DNA of 64,000 bases from Clostridiales bacterium (GTDB lineage: Bacteria; Bacillota; Clostridia; Oscillospirales; CAG-272): contig JAAWQR010000007.1 in NCBI GenBank assembly GCA_022800625.1, positions 4,438-68,437 on the forward strand. The letters run 5' to 3'. This document shows positions 10,212-18,656 of this stretch, in pieces. The stretch's first letter is position 1. Every line of letters begins with the position of its first letter. A program made the position numbers and the translations under genes. The notes beneath the pieces are model-generated. The model was not told the DNA's origin, did no database searches, and saw only the letters and a program-made list of their open reading frames with translations.

Positions 10212-10694
10212 ATGGTATACAAAATCAGAGAAATTGAAAAGAAAGACAATAAAGAAATTGAAAATTTAATAAGAACCTGTTTAATTGAATTTGAAGCCAA
10301 TCATGAGGGAACTGCTTGGTCTGATCCGAATTTGGGCAAATTTTCGTTAATTTATAATACTGAAGGAGATAAATATTGGGTAGCTGCGGATGAACGCGGA
10401 AAAATTGTCGGAGGGGTTGGTATAGGCTCCTTATGCTGCACTGAAGGTATATGTGAATTACAAAAAATGTATTGTCTGCCTGAGGCAAGAGGAACCGGCG
10501 CCTCCCATAAATTGATGGATACTGCATTAGATTTTGCGAGTAAATATTATGAAAAATGTTATTTGGAAACATTGGAAAATATGAAAGCCGCACAAAAATT
10601 TTATGAGAAATACGGATTTGAGAGAATTGACAAACCATTGGTGAAAACAGAACATTTTGCGTGTAATGTAAGATATATTAAAAATTTAAAATAA
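10212..10694 (+). CDS. GNAT family N-acetyltransferase
   Basis: 160 aa. Acetyl-CoA motif region LQKMYCLPEARGTGASHKLMD and ...AQKFYEKYGF. The gene is visibly AT-richer than its neighbours. Confidence 0.8.
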   Translation: MVYKIREIEKKDNKEIENLIRTCLIEFEANHEGTAWSDPNLGKFSLIYNTEGDKYWVAADERGKIVGGVGIGSLCCTEGICELQKMYCLPEARGTGASHKLMDTALDFASKYYEKCYLETLENMKAAQKFYEKYGFERIDKPLVKTEHFACNVRYIKNLK

Positions 10695-10848
10695 CAATTC
10701 AAATTTGCCGACAAGTTAATCGAACTGCCCAAAGTAAAATATATACTGCTTATTCCTATGCCTTGCAAAAAAGAGCTATGATAACAGCTTTCAGAAAAGG
10801 AAATGATCGGGATATTCAGAAGTCATAAAATATTTTTTGATTTTTCTA

Positions 10849-10877
10849 TTGATTATTTTCTTCCGATGTTATATAAT
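10849..10877 (+). promoter_or_regulatory. recA promoter
   Basis: TTGATT (10849-10854), 17 nt, TATAAT (10872-10877). Confidence 0.7.
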
Positions 10878-10887
10878 ATAGCTGTAG

Positions 10888-10901
10888 CGAAAATATGTTC
10901 G
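10888..10901. promoter_or_regulatory. LexA (Cheo/SOS) box
   Basis: CGAAAATATGTTCG lies 11 nt downstream of the -10. It has one mismatch to the Firmicutes consensus CGAACNNNNGTTCG. Confidence 0.7.
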
Positions 10902-10970
10902 TGGTATGATAAGACTGCCGAACTTGAAGAAATAATACGAAGCCGTCCTTACGGCGAAACGGAGGATAAA

Positions 10971-12098
10971 ATGAAACAGTCAAATAAAAAATCCGCATCC
11001 CCTGCTGTTGCCGACACACCGGAAGCAAAGCAGAAAGCTCTTGCCACAGCTATAAGCCAGATCGAAAAGGACTTCGGACGCGGCACTATAATAAAAATGG
11101 GCGAAAATCCGCAGATGAATATTTCCACAATATCTACAGGATCTCTGACGCTTGACCTTGCGCTCGGAGTCGGGGGACTTCCGAGAGGCCGTATTATCGA
11201 GATATTCGGACCTGAATCTTCAGGTAAAACGACAGTTGCTCTCCATGCCATTGCCGAAGCACAAAAAAACGGCGGGGAAGCTGCGTTTATCGATGCTGAG
11301 CACGCGCTTGATCCCGTATATGCGAAAGCTCTCGGAGTAGATATAGATAATCTTCTCGTTTCCCAGCCTGACAGCGGAGAACAGGCGCTTGAAATATGCG
11401 AGGCTCTCGTCCGCTCGGGTGCGCTTGACATAATCGTTATAGACTCCGTTGCTGCTCTCGTACCTCAACAGGAGATCGAGGGAGATATGGGTGCTTCTCA
11501 CGTAGGTCTTCAGGCAAGACTTATGTCGCAGGCTCTCAGAAAGCTTTCGGGAACTATCGCAAAAACAAACTGCATTGTGATATTTATAAATCAGCTCCGC
11601 GAAAAGGTCGGAGTAGTATACGGAAATCCCGAAACCACAACAGGCGGACGCGCCCTGAAATTCTATGCGTCAGTCAGAATCGATATACGCAAAGCGGAAA
11701 TGCTGAAGTCGGGAACGGAAGCATACGGAAACCGCGTAAAATGCAAGGTTGTAAAAAATAAAGTCGCTCCTCCGTTTAAGATCGCCGAATTCGATATCCT
11801 ATACGGACACGGAATTTCAAAGTCAAGCGAAATTCTTGAAATCGGTATCTCACGCGGCATAATCGATAAGAGCGGCGCATGGATCTCATATGAAGGCACA
11901 AGGCTCGGACAGGGCAGGGACAACGCAAGAACATATATTGAAAACGATCCCGCTCTCATGGCTGAGCTTGAGGAAAAGATCAAGGCAAGCCTGAAAGACA
12001 GTGAATCCGAAGACGTGCTTGCCGACGATCTTGATGAGGACGGCGGAGACGATCTTGATATTCGCCTTCTCGACCTCGACGGCGACCTTGACGAATAA
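10971..12098 (+). CDS. recA: recombinase RecA
   Basis: GGAGG at 10961-10965 with a 5-nt spacer to ATG 10971. Walker [10 protein letters not shown], then ...[11 protein letters not shown].... Long acidic C-terminal tail. The track ORF start at 10803 is an upstream read-through of the promoter region. Confidence 0.95.
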   Translation: MKQSNKKSASPAVADTPEAKQKALATAISQIEKDFGRGTIIKMGENPQMNISTISTGSLTLDLALGVGGLPRGRIIEIFGPESSGKTTVALHAIAEAQKNGGEAAFIDAEHALDPVYAKALGVDIDNLLVSQPDSGEQALEICEALVRSGALDIIVIDSVAALVPQQEIEGDMGASHVGLQARLMSQALRKLSGTIAKTNCIVIFINQLREKVGVVYGNPETTTGGRALKFYASVRIDIRKAEMLKSGTEAYGNRVKCKVVKNKVAPPFKIAEFDILYGHGISKSSEILEIGISRGIIDKSGAWISYEGTRLGQGRDNARTYIENDPALMAELEEKIKASLKDSESEDVLADDLDEDGGDDLDIRLLDLDGDLDE

Positions 12099-12145
12099 TT
12101 CGACGAATAAAAAATAAGTCAAATCTGTCTGAAAGGAGGGTTCGC

Positions 12146-13297
12146 GTGCATATATCGAGAGCAAAATATTTCTGCTACCGAAACCTGAAAGAAGTAAATA
12201 TAGAGTTCACCGGGGGAGTAAACGTACTGTGGGGACTGAACGGTCAGGGAAAATCGAATATATTAGAGGGCATATACTATTTTGCGCGCGGACGCTCTTT
12301 CAGAGGGGCAAAGGATCGCGATCTTATAATGTTCGGTGAGCAGGGAGCTGCGTGTGAGATCGAGTTTTGCAAGGATAAAAGCGCAGGAGCACCTCCTTCA
12401 AGTCTCAAAACGGAGATTCCGCTTTCGGGAAGAAAAAAACTGATGCGAAACGGCGCACAGCTCAGAGGAAGCGCCGAAATGCTCGGCTCGTTCCGCGCGG
12501 TGCTCTTTTGCCCGTCTCATCTGTCAATAGTCAACGGAGGACCTGCCGAGCGCAGATCCTTTATTGATATCGCGATCGCGCAAAGTTCGGCGGACTATGT
12601 GTATTATCTGTCAAACTACAGGCGTTTTCTCTCCGAGCGCAACGCGCTTCTGAAAAGATATGCGTCAGGGAAATCAGTACCTCGCGAGGAATGGGAGACA
12701 TACGCAGAACAGCTCAGCATGGCAGCCGCTGAAATTTATGCTTCACGCAGCTCGTACTGCAATCAGCTTACGGGAGATGTGAAAAAATATTTCAGCGAAA
12801 TGACAAACGGCGCAGAAGACCCGTGTCTCGAGTATGTTGCTCTGAGCGGTGAGAAAGCTGATTCAGAGGGGGGAGAGAGCCCCCCGAGTTTGGATATACT
12901 GCAAGATAAGCTTATGTCGAATATTGAACGTGAAGCCGCCGCAGGATCGACTTTGTGGGGACCGCACAAGGACGACATAAAAATAACGATCAACGGAAAA
13001 GCGGCGCGTATTTTTGCGTCTCAGGGACAGCAAAGGAGCATTGCGCTTGCCATGAAGCTGGCTGAGGGAGAGATATCGAAGAGAGTGACGGGAGAATATC
13101 CCGTGTTTCTGCTTGACGATGTGTTTTCCGAGCTTGATGAAAACCGCAGAAAATATATAATGGAAGAATTGAGCGGCAGACAGATTATCGTAACCTCATG
13201 CGAACCGTCCGTTGTGCCGTCTGACGGCAGCGGAAGCGGGGCAAAGTATTTTGAAGTGTCGGGCGGCAGGATCGCAGACTGTTCGCAGGAAACGTAG
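12146..13297 (+). CDS. recF: DNA replication/repair protein RecF
   Basis: GTG start after GGAGGG. Walker A GLNGQGKSNILEGIYY, the RecF signature GPHKDDI...ASQGQQRSIALAMKLAE, and Walker B FLLDDVFSELD. Confidence 0.9.
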   Translation: MHISRAKYFCYRNLKEVNIEFTGGVNVLWGLNGQGKSNILEGIYYFARGRSFRGAKDRDLIMFGEQGAACEIEFCKDKSAGAPPSSLKTEIPLSGRKKLMRNGAQLRGSAEMLGSFRAVLFCPSHLSIVNGGPAERRSFIDIAIAQSSADYVYYLSNYRRFLSERNALLKRYASGKSVPREEWETYAEQLSMAAAEIYASRSSYCNQLTGDVKKYFSEMTNGAEDPCLEYVALSGEKADSEGGESPPSLDILQDKLMSNIEREAAAGSTLWGPHKDDIKITINGKAARIFASQGQQRSIALAMKLAEGEISKRVTGEYPVFLLDDVFSELDENRRKYIMEELSGRQIIVTSCEPSVVPSDGSGSGAKYFEVSGGRIADCSQET

Positions 13298-13324
13298 TGC
13301 CGCTCATAAAGACGGGAGAGCAAT

Positions 13325-13957
13325 ATGGAGTATTCGGAAACTTATATAATCGGCGGAGTGCGAGAATGCGACACAAGCGTGCGATTTGAGATGATATCTC
13401 CTGATGGAGAGGTCACAAAGCTCCGTATTACACCTAAGATATGGGAAAAGTTTGAATTGAGTTCAGGAGACGCTGTGAGCTCTGATACGGTGAATAGGCT
13501 TGAAACGCTCTCCGAGATGTGCGAAGCTGTGACAAGGGCGGCAAAGTATGCCGAAGCGTCGCCGCAAAGCGTTCGTGCGCTTATTATGAAGCTCAAAAGA
13601 GCCGGATTCTCAAGCGAAGCTGCTGAAAATGCGGCAGACATGCTTGTAAAGCGTGGTTTGATCGATGAGCAAGGTCAGGCAGATCGTTTTGCCGAGAAAA
13701 GTGTGCGCACGGGACGCGGCAGGTCGCGCATAGTGCGTGATCTTGTTGCTCACGGATATCCGCACGACGTGTCCGAAAATGCAGCCGACAGTATTTCCGA
13801 TGACGAATATGCGGCGGCTTTGAGAAAATCAATTTCAAAGAAATGCAGAAACGGAATTCCGACGGAAAGAAAGGAGCGCGACAAGCTGGTCGCCGCTCTC
13901 GTAAGGTGCGGATTTTCAGTGTCTGAAATAATACGCGAATTTGATCGGTTGTCATAA
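13325..13957 (+). CDS. recX: RecA regulator RecX
   Basis: 210 aa. Repeated three-helix RecX-like segments (AENAADMLVKRGLIDE..., RIVRDLVAHGYPHDV..., LVAALVRCGFSVSEI). Confidence 0.8.
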   Translation: MEYSETYIIGGVRECDTSVRFEMISPDGEVTKLRITPKIWEKFELSSGDAVSSDTVNRLETLSEMCEAVTRAAKYAEASPQSVRALIMKLKRAGFSSEAAENAADMLVKRGLIDEQGQADRFAEKSVRTGRGRSRIVRDLVAHGYPHDVSENAADSISDDEYAAALRKSISKKCRNGIPTERKERDKLVAALVRCGFSVSEIIREFDRLS

Positions 13958-14081
13958 GCTGAGGGTAACGGATCGCTTGAAAACAATCAGAACTTGACTC
14001 TGCTCAGCATAATCCGATCTCCACCATATGGACGCAGTTCGAAAATATTTTTTGTAAAATAAGATTTTTTGCATTTTGGTA

Positions 14082-14110
14082 TTGACAAATGAGTGATTTA
14101 GTGGTATCAT
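14082..14110 (+). promoter_or_regulatory. promoter of the tRNA cluster
   Basis: TTGACA (14082-14087), 17 nt, TATCAT (14105-14110), with TG two nt upstream of the -10. Confidence 0.65.
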
Positions 14111-14131
14111 ATTAAAGCACTAAGGTCATGT

Positions 14132-14205
14132 GCGGGTGTAGTTCAATGGTAGAATCCCAGCCTTCCAAGCTGGTCGTGTGGGTTCGATTCCCATCACCCG
14201 CTCCA
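14132..14205 (+). tRNA. tRNA-Gly (anticodon UCC), CCA encoded
   Basis: Acceptor GCGGGTG/CACCCGC, anticodon loop cTTCCaa, T-loop GGTTCGATTCC, and a 3' TCCA. Confidence 0.9.
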
Positions 14206-14279
14206 GTACCTTTAGCTCAGCCGGATAGAGCAACTGCCTTCTAAGCAGTAGGTCGAGGGTTCGAATCCCCCAAGGTACG
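14206..14279 (+). tRNA. tRNA-Arg (anticodon UCU)
   Basis: Acceptor GTACCTT/AAGGTAC, anticodon stem ACTGC/GCAGT with loop CTTCTAA, and T-loop TTCGAAT. There is one A-C mismatch in the T-stem. No CCA is encoded. Confidence 0.85.
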
Positions 14280-14285
14280 CTTTAC

Positions 14286-14360
14286 GGTGGATGTAGCTCA
14301 GTTGGTTAGAGCGCCAGGTTGTGGCCCTGGAGGTCGTGGGTTCGACTCCCATCATTCACC
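14286..14360 (+). tRNA. tRNA-His (anticodon GUG) with encoded G-1
   Basis: An extra 5' G pairs with C73. Acceptor GTGGATG/CATTCAC, anticodon stem CCAGG/CCTGG with loop TTGTGGC. Confidence 0.9.
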
Positions 14361-14379
14361 CTTAAAAATTTGATTATTT

Positions 14380-14406
14380 CGCTGTCGTCACGGACAGCGT
14401 TTTTTG
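14380..14406 (+). terminator. intrinsic terminator after the tRNA cluster
   Basis: Stem cgctgtc/gacagcg with loop gtcacg, followed by TTTTTT. Confidence 0.8.
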
Positions 14407-14477
14407 TTATTTAATACAGTTGTAACTGATTTATACAAAGAAACTATCGCACAAGAAGAATATAATCTTCTATGCGA

Positions 14478-15149
14478 TTACGCTGTTATAAACTTTATCA
14501 AATACAGCGCGCCTATATGTAAGGGATAATACATATAAAACAATCCCTTTAACGGACGCCGTCCGCGCTCGCCGTTGTACAGCGCAAGAATAGGGATAGA
14601 GGCAAGTGAATACCATTCAAGTCCGCCTATACTGATCGACAGTGCGGCAGTTCCGACAGCTGAGGCAATGAGCCGCAGCTTATCTGAACCCGAAATATAG
14701 ATTATTACAGGCAGCATTACCCCGATAAAGCCGTAATCTATACCGAAATTACTTGATTTTAAAAGTGCGGGCACAAGCTCGCATAATGCAAACACCGCTG
14801 TCAGCGTAAGTATGGGTAAAAATATGCTGCATTTTTCATCATATGTGCGCTTTAAAACAGAAATAATAAATATTGACAGACTAAAGGTTATCATGACGCA
14901 CTGATACAGGCTTCCCGAAACTGCAAATTCTGCAGTCTGACATACAGCGCCTACTGCAAAAACACAGGCAAAATATCTGTATATATTTCGCGTATACCTG
15001 CACCCTTCTGCAATCATATACGCAAATATCGGAAAAGAAATGCGTCCGATGATGCGAAAAATTGTGATATCGGGGAAAAGAATCAGACCTATGTGATCGA
15101 CTGTCATCGCAAGCATCGCTGTAAGCTTCAGTTGGAATGAACTGAGCAT
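14478..15149 (-). CDS. TraX family membrane protein
   Basis: MLSSFQLKLTAMLAMTVDHIGLILFP...GRISFPIFAYMIAEG is typical of the TraX family. GGAGG lies 8 nt before ATG 15149. The ORF is open to 15188. Confidence 0.8.
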   Translation of the reverse strand: MLSSFQLKLTAMLAMTVDHIGLILFPDITIFRIIGRISFPIFAYMIAEGCRYTRNIYRYFACVFAVGAVCQTAEFAVSGSLYQCVMITFSLSIFIISVLKRTYDEKCSIFLPILTLTAVFALCELVPALLKSSNFGIDYGFIGVMLPVIIYISGSDKLRLIASAVGTAALSISIGGLEWYSLASIPILALYNGERGRRPLKGLFYMYYPLHIGALYLIKFITA

Positions 15150-15304
15150 ATTAATTCCCTCCCGTATACGTAACTCGTTTAAAATCATATAAATTTAAAA
15201 TAAGTATATAAAATAATGCTTTGTCTGTCAAGATAAAAAATTAAAATGCTCATAAAAAATATTTCGACGGACGGCAGAAAATATTAAAAAGGAGAACTTA
15301 TATC

Positions 15305-16222
15305 ATGAAAAAAATCATACTCGGGAAAAGCGGTCTTCAAGTTCCTCAGATTGCCGTCGGCTGTATGAGACTTAATAATCTATGTGAAACAGACGCCGAA
15401 AAATTCATTATGACGGCAATCGAAGAAGGAGCGAATTTCTTCGATCATGCAGATATCTACGGAGGCGGAAGGTGCGAGGAGATATTTTCAAAAGCCGTAA
15501 AAATGTCGCCGTCCGTGCGCGAAAAGATAATTCTTCAGTCAAAGTGCGGTATATATAACAGAACATACGACTTTTCAAAAGAGCATATCATATCGTCCGC
15601 TGACGGAATTCTTCGCCGCTTAAATACCGAATATCTCGATGTGCTTCTGCTTCACCGTCCCGACGCTCTTGCAGAGCCTGAAGAAGTTGCAGAAGCCTTT
15701 GACAAGCTGTACAGTGCAGGCAAGGTGCGTCACTTCGGTGTATCAAATCATTCCCCCATGCAGATCATGCTCCTTGAAAAAGCTCTGAATCAGAAGCTTG
15801 AAGTAAATCAGCTTCAATTCAGCATTACAAATGCAACAATGATTACATCGGGACTCCATGTAAATATGGAAGATGACGGAGCCTTGAACCGCGACGGCGG
15901 AGTCCTTGATTTTTGCAGACTTAATGATATTACGGTACAGCCGTGGTCGCCTTTCCAATACGGATTTTTTGAAGGACCGTTTATCGGCAGCGAAAAATAC
16001 CGTCCGCTTAATCTCAAGCTTGATGAGATTGCAGAAAAATACGGGGTCGGCAGCACGACGGTTGCTCTTGCGTGGATTTTGCGTCATCCTGCAAATATGC
16101 AGCCTGTAGTCGGCACGACAAACTGTGATAGGCTTAGAGAATGTATAAAGGCGGCGGATATTGACCTGACTCGTAAGGAATGGTATGAAATATACCTCTC
16201 TGCAGGAAATAAGCTTCCGTAA
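15305..16222 (+). CDS. aldo/keto reductase
   Basis: 305 aa. FFDHADIYGGG, LLLHRPD and VRHFGVSNH motifs. AAGGAGA RBS. Confidence 0.9.
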   Translation: MKKIILGKSGLQVPQIAVGCMRLNNLCETDAEKFIMTAIEEGANFFDHADIYGGGRCEEIFSKAVKMSPSVREKIILQSKCGIYNRTYDFSKEHIISSADGILRRLNTEYLDVLLLHRPDALAEPEEVAEAFDKLYSAGKVRHFGVSNHSPMQIMLLEKALNQKLEVNQLQFSITNATMITSGLHVNMEDDGALNRDGGVLDFCRLNDITVQPWSPFQYGFFEGPFIGSEKYRPLNLKLDEIAEKYGVGSTTVALAWILRHPANMQPVVGTTNCDRLRECIKAADIDLTRKEWYEIYLSAGNKLP

Positions 16223-16283
16223 GGAGATTACCGTGTTGTTTGTGTGATATCGGTTTGTGAAAAATTTCTGAAAGAAATATACG

Positions 16284-16320
16284 AATCGGCAAGACTCAAT
16301 GTGAGCCTTGCCGATTTTTT
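16284..16320 (+). terminator. intrinsic terminator after the aldo/keto reductase
   Basis: Stem aatcggcaag/cttgccgatt followed by TTTTT. Confidence 0.8.
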
Positions 16321-16343
16321 ACGCCGATTTTAAGATAACGTGC

Positions 16344-18602
16344 TTATGAACGCAGCATACCGATTGCCGCATCAATATCCTCCCGCGCTTTTTCTTTTAA
16401 TTTTTCGGCTTCGTATGAAAGGCGGACAGAGTTTTCTTCACGGTGTTCCATTATATCATCAATGACAGTGCACAGATCCTCATTTTTTAAATCTTTAACA
16501 GAGCAGAGATGAGGTTTTTCAAGTAAATTTATAAAGTCGTCTATCTTCGGATCAAGCGACAGACCTATGACGGGTACTGCCGCGCTGCATGCGTATATCA
16601 GTGTATGCAGGCGCATGGAAAGTACAAATTCAGCTTTATTCATTCCTCCGCCTCTGAGAATAGACAGAAGCTCATGCCCGCTGTCGGGAGAAATCATTTT
16701 TGATTCTACTGAATATTTTTCATGTAGAAGATCTGCAGCGCGATGCAAAATTTCTGAATCAACATTCGGTTGCATTGTTACAAAAACAGGAGTCATTGAA
16801 TATTTGACTGAGGCTTTTGCACATGCGGCACAGACTTCTTTAAGAAGTGTGTCTTCGCTGTACTCGTTTTTTTGAAGTCCTTTAAAGCTTCTGAGAGATA
16901 CTGCAAAAAAAGGCTTACTATAGGGAATTCCGATGTTTTTACACTTATCGCGTGTCTCTTCGGTGCTGTAAGGCTTCATGAGAAACGCAGGATCGGCGCT
17001 GATGTGTATTTTATCAGGAGCTACTCCGATTGATTCCAATGTATTAAAACTTCCCATGTCGCGAACGCTTATCATATCCGCTTTATTTACCGTTTTTGCC
17101 ACAGTTCTCTTGTTTCTTTCCGAATTGATAACCCCAATACCGTTTGCATATATATATGTCTTCATTTTCATCAGCCGTGCGAGGTTTACGATAGTAGTAT
17201 AATAACGCAGGCTTTTACCCGATGTGCTGTCCTGAAACAGACTTCCGCCTCCGGAAATCAGCAGGCGTGACGAGTACATTTCTTTAAGAATTGAAAATGG
17301 ATTAACTCTTGAGATGCACTTTATCCCGAAACGCTTTTTTGCTTTTTTCGGACTGTGTGTGAGAGCTGCTAATCTGATATCGGGATTTGCTGCCGTCAGA
17401 TTTTCCGTTATGGTTTCAAGGATACTGTCGTCTCCCATATTACCGAATCCGTAGTAGCCGGAGATCAAAACATCAGAACTGCCCTTAAACGGTTTCGGAT
17501 CGCGCATTACCTGTGAATACACGTCAAGACAGTCATCAGCCATACGAGAAACAGCGTAATATTTTTCTATTGTGGTTCTTCCGTATTCCGCAAGGTGGGA
17601 TAGCTGTTCTTCGGACGAGCCGAAAATATTTTTAATATCACGGAGCAGAATTTCAGATGTCGGCATTTCTTTTCCTCGGCAGCAGAAGTTGGTATCAAGC
17701 GCGTCTGATAGCTTATCTTCTTTAAATATACCGAGATAACCCTGACTTCCCGCAAGAACGGTCGGAAGTCTTGACGCCATAGCCTCCATTGCCGAACGTG
17801 AAACTCCGACGAATACATCGCAGCTTGCCATAAAGTTTGCTATATCGGTTCGCGGACCTGTGAGATGTATAAACTCACGACCGGCACGGCGGTTGAATTT
17901 GTCGCACTTTACTTTCAACTCGTCAAATGCCGTTCCTCCGCCAACGATTGTGATACCTGCGTCGGGGTACAGCTTTATCAGTTCTTCAGCAGCGTCGGCA
18001 AGCATGAATGCTACATGGGCGCTTTCGTTATCTATTCGGCTGACGTAAAGAATTCGGCGGTCTTTTGCCCCTGCAACCTCGTTGGTTCCGGAGGTGTTGT
18101 TTTTGTCGAATTTCTTAGTGTCGATTCCGTTTATAGTAACGGTAATTCTGCTTTTCGGAATACCGTAGTATTTTATAAGATAATCTCTTATATCGTCGCT
18201 GACGGCGAGACAGCGCTGTCCCCAGTGCGACATAATACGCAGAAGGAAAGTCGTATTATACACTCCGTGCGTTGTAGTAACAAAACGGAACGACAGTTTT
18301 TTCTGAAGAGACGAACAAATAAAATTAGGAATGCGTGCGTGAGAGTGCACTATATCGAAATTTTCATCTCGTATAAGCTTTGCAAGTCCGCTTGCCGCGC
18401 GTTTTACGGCGAGTAGCCTTTTTGTGTTCAGTGGAAGGGTAACGTGCTTTATACCCGCCGCTTCAAGCTGAGGAACGTATACGCCGCCGTTGGAGGCAAC
18501 TGTTACACTGTGTCCTCTTGCGGTCAGCTCCCCCGCAAGCTCCAGAATATGAGTTTCGACGCCGCCGATATCCATACCCATTGTTACCATTAAAATCTTC
18601 AT
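16344..18602 (-). CDS. csaB: fusion protein: GT4 glycosyltransferase (N-terminal) plus polysaccharide pyruvyl transferase CsaB (C-terminal)
   Basis: 752 aa. The N-terminus MKILMVTMGMDIGGVETHILEL is GT4-like. From about residue 375, ISGYYGFGNMGDDSILETI...LISGGGSLFQDSTS is the CsaB/PS_pyruv_trans pattern. Confidence 0.85.
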   Translation of the reverse strand: MKILMVTMGMDIGGVETHILELAGELTARGHSVTVASNGGVYVPQLEAAGIKHVTLPLNTKRLLAVKRAASGLAKLIRDENFDIVHSHARIPNFICSSLQKKLSFRFVTTTHGVYNTTFLLRIMSHWGQRCLAVSDDIRDYLIKYYGIPKSRITVTINGIDTKKFDKNNTSGTNEVAGAKDRRILYVSRIDNESAHVAFMLADAAEELIKLYPDAGITIVGGGTAFDELKVKCDKFNRRAGREFIHLTGPRTDIANFMASCDVFVGVSRSAMEAMASRLPTVLAGSQGYLGIFKEDKLSDALDTNFCCRGKEMPTSEILLRDIKNIFGSSEEQLSHLAEYGRTTIEKYYAVSRMADDCLDVYSQVMRDPKPFKGSSDVLISGYYGFGNMGDDSILETITENLTAANPDIRLAALTHSPKKAKKRFGIKCISRVNPFSILKEMYSSRLLISGGGSLFQDSTSGKSLRYYTTIVNLARLMKMKTYIYANGIGVINSERNKRTVAKTVNKADMISVRDMGSFNTLESIGVAPDKIHISADPAFLMKPYSTEETRDKCKNIGIPYSKPFFAVSLRSFKGLQKNEYSEDTLLKEVCAACAKASVKYSMTPVFVTMQPNVDSEILHRAADLLHEKYSVESKMISPDSGHELLSILRGGGMNKAEFVLSMRLHTLIYACSAAVPVIGLSLDPKIDDFINLLEKPHLCSVKDLKNEDLCTVIDDIMEHREENSVRLSYEAEKLKEKAREDIDAAIGMLRS

Positions 18603-18656
18603 ATATAATCTTCCTTTTTCTGCAACTTAAAATTCGCATATTTATGCGGATTATTT

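Noticed and set aside
10803-10970. The 5' extension of the recA ORF (track start at 10803, 56 extra codons).
   Set aside because: The extension covers the recA promoter (10849-10877) and the LexA box. It has no RBS and a non-protein-like sequence. GGAGG with a 5-nt spacer supports ATG 10971.
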